From: Eledone cirrhosa | Lineage: Eukaryota | Direction of reading: 5' to 3' | DNA: 64,000 nucleotides | Assembly: GCA_964016885.1 (NCBI GenBank) | Contig: OZ024758.1 | Span: 1-64,000 of the forward strand | Shown here: piece by piece, positions 51,822 to 64,000 of the stretch | Numbering within the stretch: the first letter of the stretch is position 1 | Layout: each line of letters opens with the position of its first letter | Notes under the pieces: generated by a model | Database searches by the model: none | Told to the model about the DNA's origin: nothing | Seen by the model: the letters and a program-made list of their open reading frames with translations, nothing else | Made by a program: the position numbers and the translations under genes

Positions 51822-52265
51822 CTATGCGAGATGTGCGACCCTGCATGGTAGTGAAACATGGACAGCAACTGCAGAGGGTATGCGATGGCTGGAGAGAAAT
51901 GAAGCAAGCACGCTCCGTTGGATGTGCAATGTCAATGTGCGGGAACGACCAAGCATAAACGAGTTGAGAGAGAAACTGTGTTTAAGAGGGATAAGTTGTG
52001 GTGTGCAAGAGAGGACTGAGATGGTATGGGCATGTGATGCGCATGGAGGTTGAGCGCTGGGTAAAGAAGGGAGACGCAGTAGAGGAAGACCACGAAAAAC
52101 ATGGGTGGAGGTGGTGAGAGCCGACTTCAGATCGCTGAAACTCACCAAGGAGATGACGAAGGACCGTGACAAGTGAAGAGATGCTTTGCTCAAGAGGACC
52201 TGTCCCACCCTTTCAAGCAGGGAAAAGCGGACGTAAAATGATGAACAGACGATGATAATGATGCT
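51822..52265 (+). pseudogene. RTE C-terminus and 3' tail (in every unit; first copy 48460-48900)
   Basis: LHGSETWTATAEGMRWLERNEASTLRWMCNV, GRRSRGRPRKTW, followed by a degenerate (ATG)n tail. Confidence 0.9.
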
Positions 52266-55101
52266 CTCTATATATCTATCTCTCTATCAATCTATCCAGA
52301 TATCTGTGCATCAGTCTATCTATTTACCTATAAACACCCTCCTCACTCCGTCTCAGGATCACCGAGACATCACCAACAACCAACCCACGCTGTGGGAAAC
52401 AGTCCTCCCCGGGGCACACCCTGCTACTTCACACCATCTGTCTGTCTCGCTGCCTAACTACCGAGAAATCCGGCTTCTGTGCTTGCCTAATTTGTAGGTT
52501 ATTAGGCAGTTGGCAGGTTTGCGGAAGTTGGTTTTGCAAATGGTTAAAACACTTGCATCACAAAATTCAAATAGCATCACTCCTTGTTTTATCTTTCTCG
52601 TCTTTACCTAGGCCTGCATAAGTTAGTGTTACGGTTAGTGTTACTGTTAGCGTTACGACTAGTTTTAGGGTTAATTGAGAGCAAGAAACTGCTGCTAGGT
52701 AAAGACAAGAAATTCTGCATTTACAAGCAATTTTTACAAACAGCCACAATGACAGGACGGAGACATCGTTATGCTAGCAGGGGATTTCAATGGTCATGTT
52801 GGACAGCTCTACGATGGTTACACTGAGGTACATGTTGGGCACACTTACGGCTTAAGAAATGAAGCAGTGAAACTTCTTGAATTTTGCAATGCAATTGCAC
52901 TAACCATCTACAACACTAACTTACACAAATCTGCCAACCACCTAATAACCTACAAATCAGGCAAGCACATAAGCCAGATTGACTTCTTGCTAGTTAGGCA
53001 GCGGGACAGGCAGATGGTGTCAAATGCAAAGGCATACCCCGGGGAAGAATGTACCCCACAGCATAGGTTAGTCGTTAGTGATATCTCATTAAGCAAGAGA
53101 CTGAATGAGACATACAGGAAGGTGTGGAAAAAAGAAAGGTCTGGAAGCTAAAAGAGCTCTCACTAAAATACAAATTTAGGAAAGCCCTTCAATATGTGTA
53201 TGATGAAAAAGAAGACGATTTAGAGTCGTACAACATAGATGATAACTGGAATTTCTTATGCGATACCTTACTGCAGGTTACTGATGAAACTTGTGGCTGG
53301 ATCAGAGTTCCAACCAGACAGAGAGTGACATGGTGGTGGGACAGCACGGTAGATCGGGCCATTGGAGACTAAAGACTAGCATGGAATGCTTGCAAAATTA
53401 GTGCGAGTAGAGAAGAATATACAGCCGCTAAGAGAGAAGCTAGACGTCAGGTGTACTTAGCATGCAAGGAGGCTGCTCGACGACGTGCGCTGTTCCGTAC
53501 TGCAAGGCAGTGTGTCAGTGCAAATCGGGATTAAGTCTGTCCGCAATGATGCCGCTGTACTTTGTGTCACGAATGAGTGTTGATGAGTAGAAAAGAGGAC
53601 AAAACTCTATTCCGTCAGGGAAATGGCCATGTTCGATATGCAGAAACGGAACTGGCATAAATTATATAAAACGTACACAAAAGATCGAGTGCGATAGCAG
53701 GCACGTAGTGGGATAGCAGGCAAACTAACAGCATATTTTGATTATAATAAAACAAATAATAATAGTAATAATAATAATAATAATAATCGTCATTGTTCTT
53801 TTCTTCTGTGCCTTTCTTTGCCTTCTCTGTCATCTGAATAACAAAAATAAAAGAAAAAAAGAATCTTAAACATATGTTGCCTTTACAAAGTGCTGTGATC
53901 AAAGTAGCTTTTAAGCAATTTCCTAACTAACAAACAACATCAACAAAATATATACAAATATCTTTGAATGTCAAGTCCACCAAGAGAAAATAGTCATAAT
54001 GTACTTACAGATACAATGCTAGGGACTCGCATCAATGAGTTTTAGTAGAAAATGACTGACTGACTGTTGAGGGGACAGAGGTGTGTTTTCAAATATTTAT
54101 CAATTCACAACAAAGCCTCACAAAGCTACATCATAATGCAAACTCACAACACCCTTCTTATGCAACCTCACCAAGCAACCCCACAACACAACCTCACGTT
54201 CACAATTCACAACACTCAACAAGGCATTCGTTATCTAGGGTTTACAGTAAACATAGCGAGGTAAGACACACCCAGTACACTCTGTAAAGTGGTCATTAGG
54301 TTAAGATTAAACTGAAATCATACCTCCATTGTCGTTGGCGTATATTTTCTCTAAAACTTAATTTCATTGCTTTCATTTCTCTTCTTTTTCTTCTATTCCA
54401 TCTAAATATGAAAAAAAAATTATACAGGTCATTTCGTCTTATCAAGAGGTCCATTTAAAATTGAGATTAACGAATATAGGGTCCAAGAGGCGATTAAGGA
54501 ATTGAAAAATGGTGAGGCTGCTGGACCATCGGAGATAGTTGCTGAGATGCTGAAGGCCTCAGGGGACGTAGGCACTAAACTGGTTGCACACATCATCAAT
54601 CAGGCTATATATGGCAGTGTCATACCCAAAGACTAGTGCAAAAGTAAAGGGGACGCTCTTGAGAGGAGAAATTATAGGGATATAAAACTGATGGATCAGG
54701 TTATGAAAGTGGCAGAAAGGATATTAGCACAACTAATTAGAGAAAGGGTCAAACTAGATGAGATGCAGTTTGGTTTTGTGCCTGGGAATAGTACAACAGA
54801 TGCCCTCTTCTTGATGAGACAATTACAAGAGAGGTTCTTAGAGAAAAATAAGCCACTATACTTAGCCTTTGTTGACCTAGAGAAGGCCTTTGATAGGGTA
54901 CGCCGATCTGTCATCTTATTATTTAACCTATAAATGGGGCCCCAACAGGTACTACTACACCAGGCCAGAGCAGACCTGGGAGTTATGACAACTAAGGGGG
55001 TAACTCCATGTTCCCCACAGTTCCTCCTGAACTTGAGCCTTGCCACTGGATGTAGTTTAATGTCATACCCAGGACAAATATATACATACATATATATACA
55101 T

Positions 55102-55142
<41 letters not shown>

Positions 55143-58100
55143 TACAAATATATATATGCGTACGAAAGTGTGGTTACATGATGCCTATGCGAGATGTGCG
55201 ACCCTGCATGGTAGTGAAACATGGACAGCAACTGCAGAGGGTATGCGATGGCTGGAGAGAAATGAAGCAAGCACGCTCCGTTGGATGTGCAATGTCAATG
55301 TGCGGGAACGACCAAGCATAAACGAGTTGAGAGAGAAACTGTGTTTAAGAGGGATAAGTTGTGGTGTGCAAGAGAGGACTGAGATGGTATGGGCATGTGA
55401 TGCGCATGGAGGTTGAGCGCTGGGTAAAGAAGGGAGACGCAGTAGAGGAAGACCACGAAAAACATGGGTGGAGGTGGTGAGAGCCGACTTCAGATCGCTG
55501 AAACTCACCAAGGAGATGACGAAGGACCGTGACAAGTGAAGAGATGCTTTGCTCAAGAGGACCTGTCCCACCCTTTCAAGCAGGGAAAAGCGGACGTAAA
55601 ATGATGAACAGACGATGATAATGATGCTCTCTATATATCTATCTCTCTATCAATCTATCCAGATATCTGTGCATCAGTCTATCTATTTACCTATAAACAC
55701 CCTCCTCACTCCGTCTCAGGATCACCGAGACATCACCAACAACCAACCCACGCTGTGGGAAACAGTCCTCCCCGGGGCACACCCTGCTACTTCACACCAT
55801 CTGTCTGTCTCGCTGCCTAACTACCGAGAAATCCGGCTTCTGTGCTTGCCTAATTTGTAGGTTATTAGGCAGTTGGCAGGTTTGCGGAAGTTGGTTTTGC
55901 AAATGGTTAAAACACTTGCATCACAAAATTCAAATAGCATCACTCCTTGTTTTATCTTTCTCGTCTTTACCTAGGCCTGCATAAGTTAGTGTTACGGTTA
56001 GTGTTACTGTTAGCGTTACGACTAGTTTTAGGGTTAATTGAGAGCAAGAAACTGCTGCTAGGTAAAGACAAGAAATTCTGCATTTACAAGCAATTTTTAC
56101 AAACAGCCACAATGACAGGACGGAGACATCGTTATGCTAGCAGGGGATTTCAATGGTCATGTTGGACAGCTCTACGATGGTTACACTGAGGTACATGTTG
56201 GGCACACTTACGGCTTAAGAAATGAAGCAGTGAAACTTCTTGAATTTTGCAATGCAATTGCACTAACCATCTACAACACTAACTTACACAAATCTGCCAA
56301 CCACCTAATAACCTACAAATCAGGCAAGCACATAAGCCAGATTGACTTCTTGCTAGTTAGGCAGCGGGACAGGCAGATGGTGTCAAATGCAAAGGCATAC
56401 CCCGGGGAAGAATGTACCCCACAGCATAGGTTAGTCGTTAGTGATATCTCATTAAGCAAGAGACTGAATGAGACATACAGGAAGGTGTGGAAAAAAGAAA
56501 GGTCTGGAAGCTAAAAGAGCTCTCACTAAAATACAAATTTAGGAAAGCCCTTCAATATGTGTATGATGAAAAAGAAGACGATTTAGAGTCGTACAACATA
56601 GATGATAACTGGAATTTCTTATGCGATACCTTACTGCAGGTTACTGATGAAACTTGTGGCTGGATCAGAGTTCCAACCAGACAGAGAGTGACATGGTGGT
56701 GGGACAGCACGGTAGATCGGGCCATTGGAGACTAAAGACTAGCATGGAATGCTTGCAAAATTAGTGCGAGTAGAGAAGAATATACAGCCGCTAAGAGAGA
56801 AGCTAGACGTCAGGTGTACTTAGCATGCAAGGAGGCTGCTCGACGACGTGCGCTGTTCCGTACTGCAAGGCAGTGTGTCAGTGCAAATCGGGATTAAGTC
56901 TGTCCGCAATGATGCCGCTGTACTTTGTGTCACGAATGAGTGTTGATGAGTAGAAAAGAGGACAAAACTCTATTCCGTCAGGGAAATGGCCATGTTCGAT
57001 ATGCAGAAACGGAACTGGCATAAATTATATAAAACGTACACAAAAGATCGAGTGCGATAGCAGGCACGTAGTGGGATAGCAGGCAAACTAACAGCATATT
57101 TTGATTATAATAAAACAAATAATAATAGTAATAATAATAATAATAATAATCGTCATTGTTCTTTTCTTCTGTGCCTTTCTTTGCCTTCTCTGTCATCTGA
57201 ATAACAAAAATAAAAGAAAAAAAGAATCTTAAACATATGTTGCCTTTACAAAGTGCTGTGATCAAAGTAGCTTTTAAGCAATTTCCTAACTAACAAACAA
57301 CATCAACAAAATATATACAAATATCTTTGAATGTCAAGTCCACCAAGAGAAAATAGTCATAATGTACTTACAGATACAATGCTAGGGACTCGCATCAATG
57401 AGTTTTAGTAGAAAATGACTGACTGACTGTTGAGGGGACAGAGGTGTGTTTTCAAATATTTATCAATTCACAACAAAGCCTCACAAAGCTACATCATAAT
57501 GCAAACTCACAACACCCTTCTTATGCAACCTCACCAAGCAACCCCACAACACAACCTCACGTTCACAATTCACAACACTCAACAAGGCATTCGTTATCTA
57601 GGGTTTACAGTAAACATAGCGAGGTAAGACACACCCAGTACACTCTGTAAAGTGGTCATTAGGTTAAGATTAAACTGAAATCATACCTCCATTGTCGTTG
57701 GCGTATATTTTCTCTAAAACTTAATTTCATTGCTTTCATTTCTCTTCTTTTTCTTCTATTCCATCTAAATATGAAAAAAAAATTATACAGGTCATTTCGT
57801 CTTATCAAGAGGTCCATTTAAAATTGAGATTAACGAATATAGGGTCCAAGAGGCGATTAAGGAATTGAAAAATGGTGAGGCTGCTGGACCATCGGAGATA
57901 GTTGCTGAGATGCTGAAGGCCTCAGGGGACGTAGGCACTAAACTGGTTGCACACATCATCAATCAGGCTATATATGGCAGTGTCATACCCAAAGACTAGT
58001 GCAAAAGTAAAGGGGACGCTCTTGAGAGGAGAAATTATAGGGATATAAAACTGATGGATCAGGTTATGAAAGTGGCAGAAAGGATATTAGCACAACTAAT

Positions 58101-58464
58101 TAGAGAAAGGGTCAAACTAGATGAGATGCAGTTTGGTTTTGTGCCTGGGAATAGTACAACAGATGCCCTCTTCTTGATGAGACAATTACAAGAGAGGTTC
58201 TTAGAGAAAAATAAGCCACTATACTTAGCCTTTGTTGACCTAGAGAAGGCCTTTGATAGGGTACGCCGATCTGTCATCTTATTATTTAACCTATAAATGG
58301 GGCCCCAACAGGTACTACTACACCAGGCCAGAGCAGACCTGGGAGTTATGACAACTAAGGGGGTAACTCCATGTTCCCCACAGTTCCTCCTGAACTTGAG
58401 CCTTGCCACTGGATGTAGTTTAATGTCATACCCAGGACAAATATATACATACATATATATACAT

Positions 58465-58507
<43 letters not shown>

Positions 58508-61500
58508 TACAAATATATATATGCGTACGAAAGTGTGGTTACATGATGCCTATGCGAGATGTGCGACCCTGCATGGTAGTGAAACATGGACAGCAACTGC
58601 AGAGGGTATGCGATGGCTGGAGAGAAATGAAGCAAGCACGCTCCGTTGGATGTGCAATGTCAATGTGCGGGAACGACCAAGCATAAACGAGTTGAGAGAG
58701 AAACTGTGTTTAAGAGGGATAAGTTGTGGTGTGCAAGAGAGGACTGAGATGGTATGGGCATGTGATGCGCATGGAGGTTGAGCGCTGGGTAAAGAAGGGA
58801 GACGCAGTAGAGGAAGACCACGAAAAACATGGGTGGAGGTGGTGAGAGCCGACTTCAGATCGCTGAAACTCACCAAGGAGATGACGAAGGACCGTGACAA
58901 GTGAAGAGATGCTTTGCTCAAGAGGACCTGTCCCACCCTTTCAAGCAGGGAAAAGCGGACGTAAAATGATGAACAGACGATGATAATGATGCTCTCTATA
59001 TATCTATCTCTCTATCAATCTATCCAGATATCTGTGCATCAGTCTATCTATTTACCTATAAACACCCTCCTCACTCCGTCTCAGGATCACCGAGACATCA
59101 CCAACAACCAACCCACGCTGTGGGAAACAGTCCTCCCCGGGGCACACCCTGCTACTTCACACCATCTGTCTGTCTCGCTGCCTAACTACCGAGAAATCCG
59201 GCTTCTGTGCTTGCCTAATTTGTAGGTTATTAGGCAGTTGGCAGGTTTGCGGAAGTTGGTTTTGCAAATGGTTAAAACACTTGCATCACGAAATTCAAAT
59301 AGCATCACTCCTTGTTTTATCTTTCTCGTCTTTACCCAGGCCTGCATAAGTTAGTGTTACGGTTAGTGTTACTGTTAGCGTTACGGCTAGTTTTAGGGTT
59401 AATTGAGAGCAAGAAACTGCTGCTAGGTAAAGACAAGAAATTCTGCATTTACAAGCAATTTTTACAAACAGCCACAATGACAGGACGGAGACATCGTTAT
59501 GCTAGCAGGGGATTTCAATGGTCATGTTGGACAGCTCTACGATGGTTACACCGAGGTACATGTTGGGCACACTTACGGCTTAAGAAATGAAGCAGTGAAA
59601 CTTCTTGAATTTTGCGATGCAATTGCACTAACCATCTACAACACTAACTTACACAAATCTGCCAACCACCTAATAACCTACAAATCAGGCAAGCACATAA
59701 GCCAGATTGACTTCTTGCTAGTTAGGCAGCGGGACAGGCAGATGGTGTCAAATACAAAGGCATACCCCGGGGAAGAATGTACCCCAAGCAAGAGACTGAA
59801 TGAGACATACAGGAAGGTGTGGAAAAAAGAAAGGTCTGGAAGCTAAAAGAGCTCTCACTAAAATACAAATTTAGGAAAGCCCTTCAATACGTGTATGATG
59901 AAAAAGAAGACGATTTAGAGTCGTACAACATAGATGATAACTGGAATTTCTTATGCGATACCTTACTGCAGGTTACTGATGAAACTTGTGGCTGGATCAG
60001 AGTTCCAACCAGACAGAGAGTGACATGGTGGTGGGACAGCACGGTAGATCGGGCCATTGGAGACTAAAGACTAGCATGGAATGCTTGCAAAATTAGTGCG
60101 AGTAGAGAAGAATATACAGCCGCTAAGAGAGAAGCTAGACGTCAGGTGTACTTAGCATGCAAGGAGGCTGCTCGACGACGTGCGCTGTTCCGTACTGCAA
60201 GGCAGTGTGTCAGTGCAAATCGGGATTAAGTCTGTCCGCAATGATGCCGCTGTACTTTGTGTCACGAATGAGTGTTGATGAGTAGAAAAGAGGACAAAAC
60301 TCTATTCCGTCAGGGAAATGGCCATGTTCGATATGCAGAAACGGAACTGGCATAAATTATATAAAACGTACACAAAAGATCGAGTGCGATAGCAGGCACG
60401 TAGTGGGATAGCAGGCAAACTAACAGCATATTTTGATTATAATAAAACAAATAATAATAGTAATAATAATAATAATAATAATCGTCATTGTTCTTTTCTT
60501 CTGTGCCTTTCTTTGCCTTCTCTGTCATCTGAATAACAAAAATAAAAGAAAAAAAGAATCTTAAACATATGTTGCCTTTACAAAGTGCTGTGATCAAAGT
60601 AGCTTTTAAGCAATTTCCTAACTAACAAACAACATCAACAAAATATATACAAATATCTTTGAATGTCAAGTCCACCAAGAGAAAATAGTCATAATGTACT
60701 TACAGATACAATGCTAGGGACTCGCATCAATGAGTTTTAGTAGAAAATGACTGACTGACTGTTGAGGGGACAGAGGTGTGTTTTCAAATATTTATCAATT
60801 CACAACAAAGCCTCACAAAGCTACATCATAATGCAAACTCACAACACCCTTCTTATGCAACCTCACCAAGCAACCCCACAACACAACCTCACGTTCACAA
60901 TTCACAACACTCAACAAGGCATTCGTTATCTAGGGTTTACAGTAAACATAGCGAGGTAAGACACACCCAGTACACTCTGTAAAGTGGTCATTAGGTTAAG
61001 ATTAAACTGAAATCATACCTCCATTGTCGTTGGCGTATATTTTCTCTAAAACTTAATTTCATTGCTTTCATTTCTCTTCTTTTTCTTCTATTCCATCTAA
61101 ATATGAAAAAAAAATTATACAGGTCATTTCGTCTTATCAAGAGGTCCATTTAAAATTGAGATTAACGAATATAGGGTCCAAGAGGCGATTAAGGAATTGA
61201 AAAATGGTGAGGCTGCTGGACCATCGGAGATAGTTGCTGAGATGCTGAAGGCCTCAGGGGACGTAGGCACTAAACTGGTTGCACACATCATCAATCAGGC
61301 TATATATGGCAGTGTCATACCCAAAGACTAGTGCAAAAGTAAAGGGGACGCTCTTGAGAGGAGAAATTATAGGGATATAAAACTGATGGATCAGGTTATG
61401 AAAGTGGCAGAAAGGATATTAGCACAACTAATTAGAGAAAGGGTCAAACTAGATGAGATGCAGTTTGGTTTTGTGCCTGGGAATAGTACAACAGATGCCC

Positions 61501-61796
61501 TCTTCTTGATGAGACAATTACAAGAGAGGTTCTTAGAGAAAAATAAGCCACTATACTTAGCCTTTGTTGACCTAGAGAAGGCCTTTGATAGGGTACGCCG
61601 ATCTGTCATCTTATTATTTAACCTATAAATGGGGCCCCAACAGGTACTACTACACCAGGCCAGAGCAGACCTGGGAGTTATGACAACTAAGGGGGTAACT
61701 CCATGTTCCCCACAGTTCCTCCTGAACTTGAGCCTTGCCACTGGATGTAGTTTAATGTCATACCCAGGACAAATATATACATACATATATATACAT

Positions 61797-61837
<41 letters not shown>

Positions 61838-64000
61838 TACAAATATATATATGCGTACGAAAGTGTGGTTACATGATGCCTATGCGAGATGTGCGACCCT
61901 GCATGGTAGTGAAACATGGACAGCAACTGCAGAGGGTATGCGATGGCTGGAGAGAAATGAAGCAAGCACGCTCCGTTGGATGTGCAATGTCAATGTGCGG
62001 GAACGACCAAGCATAAACGAGTTGAGAGAGAAACTGTGTTTAAGAGGGATAAGTTGTGGTGTGCAAGAGAGGACTGAGATGGTATGGGCATGTGATGCGC
62101 ATGGAGGTTGAGCGCTGGGTAAAGAAGGGAGACGCAGTAGAGGAAGACCACGAAAAACATGGGTGGAGGTGGTGAGAGCCGACTTCAGATCGCTGAAACT
62201 CACCAAGGAGATGACGAAGGACCGTGACAAGTGAAGAGATGCTTTGCTCAAGAGGACCTGTCCCACCCTTTCAAGCAGGGAAAAGCGGACGTAAAATGAT
62301 GAACAGACGATGATAATGATGCTCTCTATATATCTATCTCTCTATCAATCTATCCAGATATCTGTGCATCAGTCTATCTATTTACCTATAAACACCCTCC
62401 TCACTCCGTCTCAGGATCACCGAGACATCACCAACAACCAACCCACGCTGTGGGAAACAGTCCTCCCCGGGGCACACCCTGCTACTTCACACCATCTGTC
62501 TGTCTCGCTGCCTAACTACCGAGAAATCCGGCTTCTGTGCTTGCCTAATTTGTAGGTTATTAGGCAGTTGGCAGGTTTGCGGAAGTTGGTTTTGCAAATG
62601 GTTAAAACACTTGCATCACAAAATTCAAATAGCATCACTCCTTGTTTTATCTTTCTCGTCTTTACCTAGGCCTGCATAAGTTAGTGTTACGGTTAGTGTT
62701 ACTGTTAGCGTTACGACTAGTTTTAGGGTTAATTGAGAGCAAGAAACTGCTGCTAGGTAAAGACAAGAAATTCTGCATTTACAAGCAATTTTTACAAACA
62801 GCCACAATGACAGGACGGAGACATCGTTATGCTAGCAGGGGATTTCAATGGTCATGTTGGACAGCTCTACGATGGTTACACTGAGGTACATGTTGGGCAC
62901 ACTTACGGCTTAAGAAATGAAGCAGTGAAACTTCTTGAATTTTGCAATGCAATTGCACTAACCATCTACAACACTAACTTACACAAATCTGCCAACCACC
63001 TAATAACCTACAAATCAGGCAAGCACATAAGCCAGATTGACTTCTTGCTAGTTAGGCAGCGGGACAGGCAGATGGTGTCAAATGCAAAGGCATACCCCGG
63101 GGAAGAATGTACCCCACAGCATAGGTTAGTCGTTAGTGATATCTCATTAAGCAAGAGACTGAATGAGACATACAGGAAGGTGTGGAAAAAAGAAAGGTCT
63201 GGAAGCTAAAAGAGCTCTCACTAAAATACAAATTTAGGAAAGCCCTTCAATATGTGTATGATGAAAAAGAAGACGATTTAGAGTCGTACAACATAGATGA
63301 TAACTGGAATTTCTTATGCGATACCTTACTGCAGGTTACTGATGAAACTTGTGGCTGGATCAGAGTTCCAACCAGACAGAGAGTGACATGGTGGTGGGAC
63401 AGCACGGTAGATCGGGCCATTGGAGACTAAAGACTAGCATGGAATGCTTGCAAAATTAGTGCGAGTAGAGAAGAATATACAGCCGCTAAGAGAGAAGCTA
63501 GACGTCAGGTGTACTTAGCATGCAAGGAGGCTGCTCGACGACGTGCGCTGTTCCGTACTGCAAGGCAGTGTGTCAGTGCAAATCGGGATTAAGTCTGTCC
63601 GCAATGATGCCGCTGTACTTTGTGTCACGAATGAGTGTTGATGAGTAGAAAAGAGGACAAAACTCTATTCCGTCAGGGAAATGGCCATGTTCGATATGCA
63701 GAAACGGAACTGGCATAAATTATATAAAACGTACACAAAAGATCGAGTGCGATAGCAGGCACGTAGTGGGATAGCAGGCAAACTAACAGCATATTTTGAT
63801 TATAATAAAACAAATAATAATAGTAATAATAATAATAATAATAATCGTCATTGTTCTTTTCTTCTGTGCCTTTCTTTGCCTTCTCTGTCATCTGAATAAC
63901 AAAAATAAAAGAAAAAAAGAATCTTAAACATATGTTGCCTTTACAAAGTGCTGTGATCAAAGTAGCTTTTAAGCAATTTCCTAACTAACAAACAACATCA

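Larger units (their letters stand above)
48460..64000 (+). repeat. Macrosatellite: >=4.6 near-identical 3.36-kb units made of rearranged RTE-like LINE pieces
   Basis: Identical ORFs recur at 48887/52252/55615/58980/62310 (periods 3365, 3363, 3365, 3330); the array runs off the window end. Confidence 0.98.

Noticed and set aside
48460-64000. Active telomere-maintaining retrotransposon array
   Set aside because: ORF pieces are scrambled with stops, lack the RT catalytic core and lie >43 kb from a canonical TTAGGG telomere

Overview
Left end of an animal chromosome, probably an octopod cephalopod (inferred from the tRNA-derived SINE family, RTE-like LINEs and TA-microsatellite load). It starts with ~4.58 kb of (CCCTAA)n telomere containing an internal (CCCCAA)n block, followed by an AT-rich fold-back subtelomere (4.6-6.1 kb). 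Next is a diverged ~3.5-5.3 kb composite tandem array (7.6-27 kb) made of decayed LINE pieces plus an unidentified coding-like core. The middle (27-48 kb) holds a complex minisatellite and a TE graveyard: Helitrons, an R4/Dong-like RLE LINE, a Tx1/L1-like LINE and SINEs. A near-identical 3.36 kb macrosatellite built from a rearranged RTE LINE runs from 48.5 kb to the end. I found no intact host protein-coding gene; the long ORFs are repeat artefacts or TE fragments. The most notable signal is a cluster of type I hammerhead ribozyme motifs from several unrelated short-repeat families in 29-44 kb: three with canonical cores, plus variant, half and decayed copies. They occur in inverted or tandem arrangements typical of Penelope-like pLTRs or retrozymes, mostly next to (TA)n tracts. 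All alignments and folds were done by eye.
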